Position numbers and translations under genes: made by a program. From Gemmatimonadaceae bacterium (GTDB lineage: Bacteria; Gemmatimonadota; Gemmatimonadetes; Gemmatimonadales; Gemmatimonadaceae), in contig DASTGU010000053.1 of NCBI GenBank assembly GCA_035718845.1, forward strand, positions 48,950-112,949: a DNA stretch of 64,000 nucleotides, in the 5' to 3' direction. Numbering within the stretch: position 1 is the stretch's first letter; each line of letters begins with the position of its first letter. Positions 56,836 through 64,000 of the stretch are shown here, one piece after another. The notes below the pieces were generated by a model. That model was not told where the DNA came from. It was given only the letters and a program-made list of their open reading frames with translations, and made no database searches.

Positions 56836-57799
56836 AATTCCGGTCGGAGTTTTGGGCGCCAGTGGCTATGCCGGCAGGGAGCTCTGCGGTCTGATCGCTC
56901 AGCATCCCCGTCTGTCGCTCGCGTTCGCCTCTGCCAACGAACAGCGTGGGCAACGCGCGCGCGTTGGGCCGGTCGAGCTCACTTACGTCGCAACTGAAGA
57001 CGCTCCCCTTAATAAGGCCGAAGTGGTTTTCACCGCCCTTCCGCACGGTACTGCCGCCAAATGGGTCGGCAATGCCCGCTCTCAGGGCGCGCGAGTAGTG
57101 GATCTGTCAGCGGATTTCCGGCCCGGCGCGAATCAAGCTTCGCCGGTCATCGCGCCCTATGGTCTGACCGAGCTGATGCGATCGCGGATTCCAGGCGCTG
57201 AGGTCGTCGCCAATCCGGGCTGCTATCCGACTGCGATATTGATCGCCATTGCCCCGCTGCTGACGGCAGGACTGGTACCGCCTGGGGCTACTATAAATGT
57301 ATCGGCCGCCAGCGGGGTCACCGGCGCTGGCTACTCGGCGCGGCCCGATCTGCTGTTCGCCGAGGTCGTCGAAGACTTCAAGGCGTATGCGGTGGGCAAC
57401 GAGCACCGGCACATCGCAGAAATGCGGGCGGTTGCCGGCGAGCTGAATGGCGCGGACGTGGATATCCTGTTCACGCCGCACCTGCTCCCGGTCGCTCGGG
57501 GTATTCTGGCCACGATAACGGTCCCGATCAAACAGCAGATCGACGAGCCGGCCGTCCTTTGGCGCACTTTCTATAGTAGTGAGCCCTTTGTGGAGATCGC
57601 TGACGCACCGCCGTCGCTGCGTGATGTCGTGCGTCGGAACGTAGTCCGGCTCAGCGTTTCCAAAGCTGCCAACGTCAAACAGCCAACGCTGATCATCATT
57701 TCTGCGATCGATAACCTGGTGAAGGGCGCGGCGGGGCAGGCGGTGCAGAATGCGAATGTGCTGCTCGGCATCGCCGAGCAGTCAGGGCTGCCTGCGTGA
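56828..57799 (+). CDS. argC: N-acetyl-gamma-glutamyl-phosphate reductase
   Basis: GASGYAGREL, FTALPHG, DLSADFR, ANPGCYPT, SGVTGAG, F.PHLLPVARGI and DNLVKGAAGQAVQN. Confidence 0.96.
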   Translation: MHKIPVGVLGASGYAGRELCGLIAQHPRLSLAFASANEQRGQRARVGPVELTYVATEDAPLNKAEVVFTALPHGTAAKWVGNARSQGARVVDLSADFRPGANQASPVIAPYGLTELMRSRIPGAEVVANPGCYPTAILIAIAPLLTAGLVPPGATINVSAASGVTGAGYSARPDLLFAEVVEDFKAYAVGNEHRHIAEMRAVAGELNGADVDILFTPHLLPVARGILATITVPIKQQIDEPAVLWRTFYSSEPFVEIADAPPSLRDVVRRNVVRLSVSKAANVKQPTLIIISAIDNLVKGAAGQAVQNANVLLGIAEQSGLPA

Positions 57800-58566
57800 T
57801 GCGCGTAATCAAGATCGGAGGCCGGGCGCAGAGCGACGCGCTGCTGTCGCGAGTAATCCGCGACGCCTGGAACTCCGCGCCGGGACAGCTGTGTGTGATT
57901 CACGGCGGTGGTGACGAAGTGTCGGCAATGCAGCGCGCGCTTGGACGGGAAGCAGCATTCATCGGCGGTCGTCGGGTCACTTCACAGGGCGATCTCGAAT
58001 TGTTGCGCATGGTGCTGTCGGGACTGGTGAACAAGAGACTGGTCAGCTCGCTCGTCGCCGCCGACGTTCCAGCAGTTGGCATCTCCGGCGAAGACTCGGC
58101 GCTGATCAGCGCTGAGTTCATCGATCGCGCAGTGCTAGGGTACGCAGGCAGACCGGTCAGCATCAACAAGGACCTGCTGATGTCGATGTTGAGCGGGGGT
58201 TATCTGCCGGTGATCTCGCCGGTGGCGTTCAACAGTGACACCGGAGTTGGCGGCGCGCTAAACGTGAATGGCGATGACGCAGCCGCGGCAATTGCTGCCG
58301 CACTCGGGGCCAGCGAGCTGATGTACATCGTCGACGTCGAAGGCGTACTCGATAGCGAAGGGCATGTGTTGAGCGCGCTCACCCTTGAACGAGCGCGTGA
58401 GATGATCGCAAATGGCGCCGCGGCGGCCGGCATGGCCGCAAAACTCGAGTCGGCCGAGAGCGCGTTGCTTAACGGAGTTGCTTCTGTGCGGATCTGTGCA
58501 TTGCGCGGCGTCACCGACGCGCAGTGTGGAACATTCTTAACTCAATCCCAGAGTGTCGCGATATGA
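57796..58566 (+). CDS. argB: Acetylglutamate kinase
   Basis: VIKIGG, IHGGG, RVT, LSGLVNK, G.SGED, PVISP, NVNGD.AA, DVEGVLD and GM..KL. Confidence 0.9.
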   Translation: MMRVIKIGGRAQSDALLSRVIRDAWNSAPGQLCVIHGGGDEVSAMQRALGREAAFIGGRRVTSQGDLELLRMVLSGLVNKRLVSSLVAADVPAVGISGEDSALISAEFIDRAVLGYAGRPVSINKDLLMSMLSGGYLPVISPVAFNSDTGVGGALNVNGDDAAAAIAAALGASELMYIVDVEGVLDSEGHVLSALTLERAREMIANGAAAAGMAAKLESAESALLNGVASVRICALRGVTDAQCGTFLTQSQSVAI

Positions 58567-59777
58567 GCGCCGTGATAATGCCCGTAGAACAGGACATAGC
58601 ATCATCGACATCGATCCCCGCCGATCCTTTGCTGGCGACGTACAAGCGCGCGCCGATGGAATTCGTACGCGGCGAAGGAGTGGAGCTGATTGATGCCGAC
58701 GGCAAGCGATATCTCGATTTTGCCAGTGGCATCGCGGTCAATGCGCTCGGCTATGGTGATCCGGGTGTTGCGTCAACGATTGCAGATGCGCTGAGCGCCG
58801 GCCTCATCCATACATCGAATCTTTATCGCACTGCGCCGGGTGAGCAGCTCGCGGCGAAGCTCGTGGATCGCTCTTTCGCCTCACGGGTGTTCTTCTGCAA
58901 CTCGGGAGCGGAAGCAAACGAAGGCGCGTTCAAGGTCGCGCGTAAGTGGGCACGCAGGATAGGCACTGACGCAAAGGTCGAGATCCTGGCGCTTCGTGGA
59001 AGCTTCCATGGCCGTCTGTTCGCATCGCTCGCTGCCACCGATCGTCCGTCGTATCGTGCGCCGTTCCGTCCCTTGGCGGGCGGAGTGTCGATCTGTGAGC
59101 GGGAACTTGGCGAGCTGGATTCCGCGCTCGATGAAGAGACGGTAGCAGCGCTGATTCTGGAGCCGATCCAGGGTGAAGGCGGAGTGCGTGTGCTCGACGC
59201 GGACTTTGTCCGAAAGCTGCGTGAGCTGACTGCCAAGAGAGAAATCGCTCTCATCTTCGATGAGATACAGTGTGGTCTCGGCCGGACCGGTCACCTTTTC
59301 GCTTACGAGGCGCTCGGAGTGACGCCTGATATTCTGACGCTGGCGAAGCCGCTTGCAGGCGGACTGCCGATGGGTGCAGTGCTGGTCACCGAGGAGATTG
59401 GCTCGACAATGCAGCCGGGCGATCACGGCACCACTTTCGGTGGCGGGCCACTGGTCGCAGCGGTGGCCGGGTATGTAGTCGATCGGCTGTCCGATCCGTC
59501 TCTTCTCGAGTCAGTTCGTATCAATGGTGCGTGGTTGGGCGAGCGTCTTTCGTCAATCGCTTCACACTCAACCAAAGTTCGAGCGGTGCGCGGCATGGGC
59601 TACATGTGGGGCATCGATGTTGTTGAGCCAGCGGGAGAGGTTGTGAAGAGAGGATGGAAAGAAGGGCTACTCGCTCTTACAGCGGGTGAGCACACACTGC
59701 GTCTGTTGCCACCGCTGGTGATGAATCGGGCTGATCTCGAGCGCGGCGTCGCTATCATAGAAAAGATCATCGGGTAA
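58563..59777 (+). CDS. argD: Acetylornithine aminotransferase (class III)
   Basis: GEG..L.D.DG..YLDF.SGIAVNALG, FCNSGAEANE, SFHGR, EPIQGEGG, DEIQCGLGRTG, LAKPLAGG and HGTTFGG. Confidence 0.93.
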   Translation: MSAVIMPVEQDIASSTSIPADPLLATYKRAPMEFVRGEGVELIDADGKRYLDFASGIAVNALGYGDPGVASTIADALSAGLIHTSNLYRTAPGEQLAAKLVDRSFASRVFFCNSGAEANEGAFKVARKWARRIGTDAKVEILALRGSFHGRLFASLAATDRPSYRAPFRPLAGGVSICERELGELDSALDEETVAALILEPIQGEGGVRVLDADFVRKLRELTAKREIALIFDEIQCGLGRTGHLFAYEALGVTPDILTLAKPLAGGLPMGAVLVTEEIGSTMQPGDHGTTFGGGPLVAAVAGYVVDRLSDPSLLESVRINGAWLGERLSSIASHSTKVRAVRGMGYMWGIDVVEPAGEVVKRGWKEGLLALTAGEHTLRLLPPLVMNRADLERGVAIIEKIIG

Positions 59778-59823
59778 CTCCGGAGTCGCCAACAGACGGA
59801 GCGACGGTTAGAATTTCCAAGCC

Positions 59824-60330
59824 ATGTCTCGTCGCTCCGCCCGGTCAGTGCCGACTGCCCGCCTGCTGTCTCTCGGTATCGCCGCCGCCGCCATTGGATG
59901 TGCCGGGCTGACGACGAACACCAGCCAGAATGGGATTGCATCGCTGCCAGCCGACACGATCGAGGCGAGGCGCGTGTTCGAAGAGAACATAGATGCGATC
60001 CACAAGCGTGATCGCGCGCGGTATCTCGCTACATATCTCCACTCCAGCTCGCTGGCGCGGAATGGGCCAGGGGGCATTGACCTCGGCTACGAGAACTGGA
60101 GTGCGCGCCGCGATTCCACCTGGCCCGATACCCTGATTGCCAGAAACCTGCGTGTGCTACCGATCTCACCTGGCGTAGTGTACGGTAGTTATTGCTACAC
60201 CGTGACACAGCACGACACGACGACGAGCGGTGTGTCGGAACGAATTTTCGTGAAGACGCCACAGGGCTGGCGGATCGCGGTGACAACCGCGTTCGGGCTG
60301 CCGGTCGGCCAGCCACCGCAATGCAAATGA
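59824..60330 (+). CDS. NTF2/SnoaL-like (DUF4440) lipoprotein
   Basis: Lipobox AIGC, then ..IDAIHKRDRARYLATY...GWRI pattern. Confidence 0.65.
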   Translation: MSRRSARSVPTARLLSLGIAAAAIGCAGLTTNTSQNGIASLPADTIEARRVFEENIDAIHKRDRARYLATYLHSSSLARNGPGGIDLGYENWSARRDSTWPDTLIARNLRVLPISPGVVYGSYCYTVTQHDTTTSGVSERIFVKTPQGWRIAVTTAFGLPVGQPPQCK

Positions 60331-60340
60331 AAAGGGAGCT

Positions 60341-62014
60341 ATGAGAAGAGACGCTCTAATTCGCGGCTCGATGGCAGTCGCGATGATGTTCGGGTTGGCG
60401 ACCATGGGCCTGGCACAACAGCCAACTGCACCAGCGGCGGCGCCGCCGATTCGTGCAGCCGATACGACCACGCCAAAGCTCGTCCTTTTCATTACGATCG
60501 ACGCAATGCGGTCCGACTATCTGCAGCGTTTCGAGAGCCAGCTGTCGGGAGGACTGGGTAGGCTATATCGCGGCGGTGCTTTCTTCACGAATGGCTTTCA
60601 GGATCACGCGATCACCGAAACGGCGCCCGGCCACTCCGTGACAATGTCGGGGCGGTTTCCCGTTCACACCGGCATCACGATGAATGTCGCCGGCGTCAAT
60701 GACACCACTGTGAAATTGATCGATGCACCGGGTCTGGGAGCTTCGCCGTTTCGGTTTCGCGGGACGACGCTCACGGACTGGCTGATTGCAAAGGATCCGC
60801 GCACCAAAGTCTTGTCCGTTTCGCGCAAGGATCGCGCGGCGATTTTGCCGATCGGAAGATCGAAGCAGCCGGTGTTCTGGTATCCCGGCAATGGAAACTT
60901 CACGACCAGCACCTACTACGCGACTACGCTTCCTGATTGGGTAAAGGTTTACAACGCGCGCAAAGTTCCAATGACCTACGCGTCGCGTATCTGGCGTCCG
61001 ATGCTGCCCGACAGCTTATACCCGGAGCCAGATAGTGTGCCTTACGAAGCGGGTGCGGCGGGCTTCATGTTCCCGCACGTCATTCCAACCGCGCCAGATT
61101 CTGCTGCAGCATTTCTGGCAGAGTTTCCCTGGATGGACGATGTCACGCTCGACTTCGCGCTGGCGGGAGTGAATGCGCTCAACCTCGGGGCAGGGCCAGA
61201 GACCGATGTGCTGGCGATCTCGCTTTCGACCACGGATGCGATCGGCCACAAATACGGACCAGACTCCCGCGAGCTTCACGATCACATATTGCGGCTGGAT
61301 CACGCAGTCGGCGTTTTCCTCGACTCGCTGTTCAAGCTGCGAAACGAGAAGGACGTCGTGATTGCGTTGACCGCGGATCACGGTCTATCGCCATATCCCG
61401 AAGTTCACACGACGCACGATTCGAACGCGGGTGCAATTCGTGTGAACGTTCGCCCGGTATTACAGAAGTTGAGCAGCACGCTCGCTGCACGCGGTGTTCC
61501 GGGTAACGGACTCGACTACCTCGGTGGGGTCTACGTCGGGAACGGTTTCTTTTTCGACAGCGGAGTACTGCAGCTCGATCGAGCTGCGCTACAGCGAGCG
61601 AACGTGAACGTCGATACACTGCTCGCTGGTGTGAGGGCTGACTTTCTCAAAGTTCCCGGTGTCGCGAGAGCGGAGCGCATCTCGACTCTGGCTACTGCTG
61701 ACACCGTAAATGACAAGATTGCTCGACGTTGGCTGCACATGTTCAGTGATGAGAGTACCGCCGCCCTGGTCGTATCGCTGGCGCCCTATGACTACTGGAT
61801 GACGTACTATCTCGCCCAACACGGCAGCCCCAATGACCCGGATGCGCACGTTCCGATTCTTTTCTACGGCAGCCAGTTCAAGGCTGGCCGGTACGCGGAC
61901 TTTGCAACCGTTGCCGACATGGCACCGACACTGGCTTTCGTCGCGCACGTCACCCCGCTGGAAAAACTTGACGGTCACCTGCTTCAGAATGCGATCCGGC
62001 AAACCACGCCTTGA
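60341..62014 (+). CDS. Alkaline phosphatase superfamily, PafA/NPP-type secreted phosphatase
   Basis: Signal peptide; ITIDAMR.D, DHAITETAPGH (Thr nucleophile), SRKDRAAI, S.S.TDAIGH.YGP, TADHG and QHGSP. Confidence 0.9.
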   Translation: MRRDALIRGSMAVAMMFGLATMGLAQQPTAPAAAPPIRAADTTTPKLVLFITIDAMRSDYLQRFESQLSGGLGRLYRGGAFFTNGFQDHAITETAPGHSVTMSGRFPVHTGITMNVAGVNDTTVKLIDAPGLGASPFRFRGTTLTDWLIAKDPRTKVLSVSRKDRAAILPIGRSKQPVFWYPGNGNFTTSTYYATTLPDWVKVYNARKVPMTYASRIWRPMLPDSLYPEPDSVPYEAGAAGFMFPHVIPTAPDSAAAFLAEFPWMDDVTLDFALAGVNALNLGAGPETDVLAISLSTTDAIGHKYGPDSRELHDHILRLDHAVGVFLDSLFKLRNEKDVVIALTADHGLSPYPEVHTTHDSNAGAIRVNVRPVLQKLSSTLAARGVPGNGLDYLGGVYVGNGFFFDSGVLQLDRAALQRANVNVDTLLAGVRADFLKVPGVARAERISTLATADTVNDKIARRWLHMFSDESTAALVVSLAPYDYWMTYYLAQHGSPNDPDAHVPILFYGSQFKAGRYADFATVADMAPTLAFVAHVTPLEKLDGHLLQNAIRQTTP

Positions 62015-62597
62015 TCCTGTCTGGAAAGCATTCGACGAAGCGGAGTTCGGGGCCAAGAACAGTCTGAACCTGCGGGACTCACTGCCGACGGCCGCAGATG
62101 CCACCTTCCGGGCGGAATCATGGTTACGCGAGCGGCAGGTGAGCGGCGCGAAGGAAGTGCTGTTGATCACCGGGCGCGGCAACCAGAGTCCTAACGGCGT
62201 CGCGGTTGTACGAACGGCCATTCTGAACCTGCTTCCAACTCTTCACCGGCGCGGTGTGGTGAGTGAGTGGCGCGAGCATACGCCAGGCTCACTCGTCGTT
62301 CGGCTGCAGCCGATCAGCGCACTGCTGAATGCGCCACGTCGTAAACGGGACAGTGGTCAGCAGAGGGCAGTCGATCCACATGCGCTAGCCGCGCTCGACA
62401 AGACGACGCTGCGACTGCTGAGGAATCTCGCGATCCGATCGCTGGACAGCCTGGGCGTTCGTGACGCGGACAAATTCGTCGAGGAGGAGATGCTGGAGAA
62501 ATTCAGTTCGCTGGCAGCCAGTATTCCGCCAGGCGAGGGCAGTGAAGAGCGACTGAGAATGGCGATCACCACCGCGCTCGAGCAGCTCGACGAGTAA
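61989..62597 (+). CDS. Smr-domain protein with a C-terminal helical extension
   Basis: From ATG 61989: LNLR..LPT..DA...AE.WL......G..EVLLITGRG.QS..G..VVR.AI..LL...G.V..W.E..PG...V.L. Confidence 0.7.
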   Translation: MRSGKPRLDPVWKAFDEAEFGAKNSLNLRDSLPTAADATFRAESWLRERQVSGAKEVLLITGRGNQSPNGVAVVRTAILNLLPTLHRRGVVSEWREHTPGSLVVRLQPISALLNAPRRKRDSGQQRAVDPHALAALDKTTLRLLRNLAIRSLDSLGVRDADKFVEEEMLEKFSSLAASIPPGEGSEERLRMAITTALEQLDE

Positions 62598-62634
62598 CAC
62601 ACCCAGCTGGCGACAGCTGACTACCGACGAAACG

Positions 62635-64000
62635 ATGAACGGCAAACTTCTCTTCGTAGCGATGCTCGGCGCGGCCGGGTTACAAGCACAGACACTACCG
62701 GGTTACAGCGCGAACTCAGCAGAGCGCGAGCGCAACACCGAAGCGGATGTGGTAAGCCGGCCGAAGCCTGCCGAGGCCGATGCACATTCGCGATTCCTCT
62801 CCATGCAACCACACATGTCGGGCACGCCCGCGCAGGCACGCACGCGCGACTACGTGATCTCGCAAATGAAATCGTGGGGCCTGGAGACCGAAGTCAGGTC
62901 ATACAAGGTGTGGATGCCACATCCGACGAGTACACGCGTGTGGCGAGTCGCCCCGAACCCGATCGAGCTGAACCTGGCAGAAGGTCCGATCGCGGAGGAT
63001 ACGACGTCGGTTGCCTACCCGCAGGTGATTGCGTTCAACGGCTATGGCGCGGCCGGAGATGTCAGTAGCGACATCGTCTATGTGAACTACGGCCTCATCG
63101 AAGACTACGCGCAGCTCGATTCGATGGGAGTCTCTGTCAAAGGGAAAATCGCCATTGCTCGTTATGGTCGATCGTACCGCGGGATCAAAGCACGCGAAGC
63201 CGAGAAGCACGGCGCGGCCGGACTGTTGATTTACAGCGACCCTGCCGACGACGGTTACACACGTGGTGACGTCTATCCTGCCGGGCCAATGCGGCCTGCG
63301 CACGGAATTCAGCGTGGCAGCGTGATGAATCCGAATGGAGATCCGAGCACGCCGGGATACCCGAGCACCGCGAACGCGCGACGAATTCCTCTCTCGCAAA
63401 TGGAAGTGCCTCGCATTCCGGTGTTGCCGATCTCGTACGGCAACGCGTCGGAGTTGCTGCGCGGCCTGAGTGGCAATTCAATTCCGCAAACGTGGCAGGG
63501 TGGGCTGCCGTTCCGCTACCACGTCGGCCCAGGGCCGGTGCGTGCCCGGATCGCCGTCGCGACTGACGCCAACACCAATCCATACAAGGAAATCTGGGAC
63601 ACCTTCGGTGTAATACGCGGCAGCGAGTTCCCTGACGAGATCGTGATGATAGGAGGTCACCGCGATGCGTGGGGGCCCGGTGCAGCCGATAATGTCAGCG
63701 GCACTATCAGTGTGCTGGAAGCCGCGCACGCCATTGCGGATCAAGTGAAGGCGCGCATGCGACCAAGACGCACCATCGTGTTCGCGACGTGGGATGCGGA
63801 AGAATGGGGACTTCTTGGCTCGACGGAGTTCGTCGAGGAAGATTCTCTCAAACTGCGTAACCACGCCGTTGCTTATCTCAATCAGGACGACATCGCGCAG
63901 GGGCCAAACTTCGGCGCTGGAGGATCGCCATCGCTACGCGCAATGCTCCGCGATGTCGCGAAGCGCGTTCCCGATCCGAGCAAGACCGGAAGTGTGTACG
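62635..64000 (+). CDS. M28 peptidase, glutamate carboxypeptidase II/transferrin-receptor-like with PA domain; truncated by the window end
   Basis: Manual translation from ATG 62635: signal peptide, PHMSGT, VYVNYG..EDY, GKIAIARYG, YSDPADDG, QRGSV, GGHRDAW, GAADN.SG and WDAEEWGL.GSTE. Confidence 0.92.
   Translation, partial: MNGKLLFVAMLGAAGLQAQTLPGYSANSAERERNTEADVVSRPKPAEADAHSRFLSMQPHMSGTPAQARTRDYVISQMKSWGLETEVRSYKVWMPHPTSTRVWRVAPNPIELNLAEGPIAEDTTSVAYPQVIAFNGYGAAGDVSSDIVYVNYGLIEDYAQLDSMGVSVKGKIAIARYGRSYRGIKAREAEKHGAAGLLIYSDPADDGYTRGDVYPAGPMRPAHGIQRGSVMNPNGDPSTPGYPSTANARRIPLSQMEVPRIPVLPISYGNASELLRGLSGNSIPQTWQGGLPFRYHVGPGPVRARIAVATDANTNPYKEIWDTFGVIRGSEFPDEIVMIGGHRDAWGPGAADNVSGTISVLEAAHAIADQVKARMRPRRTIVFATWDAEEWGLLGSTEFVEEDSLKLRNHAVAYLNQDDIAQGPNFGAGGSPSLRAMLRDVAKRVPDPSKTGSVY

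Noticed and set aside
56283-59777. LysW/ArgW carrier-dependent pathway
   Set aside because: No small zinc-ribbon ORF ending EDWGE and no LysX/ArgX ligase in the cluster

Overview
This is a chromosomal origin region of a high-GC bacterium. Gene content and sequence style suggest Gemmatimonadota (inference, no database search). It holds the rpmH-rnpA-yidD-yidC-mnmE operon divergent from dnaA-dnaN, RNase P RNA (rnpB), polA, parA/parB with two parS sites, mnmG, a six-gene serine-biosynthesis-like operon, murB, an M16 peptidase pair, a blue-copper lipoprotein, ispG, a cold-shock gene and a divergent arginine cluster. I found no rRNA, tRNA, CRISPR array, IS element or prophage gene. Best leads: (1) beta-clamp-binding-like motifs in the DnaA linker (QMDFF) and in a Pol I insertion (QGELL); (2) rnpA has no ATG/GTG/TTG start upstream of its conserved N-terminus; (3) dnaA and about nine other genes look leaderless; (4) a DnaA-trio unwinding element sits between dnaA and dnaN, while the best DnaA-box cluster lies 15 kb away behind parB; (5) serA is translationally coupled to a D-2-hydroxyacid dehydrogenase, serB and a class V aminotransferase; (6) a perfect Rex/CRP-type palindrome precedes the cupredoxin; (7) there is an orphan signalling trio of a pseudo-receiver AraC regulator, a sensor-less His kinase and a Ser/Thr kinase; (8) a 58-aa gene was missed by the ORF track.
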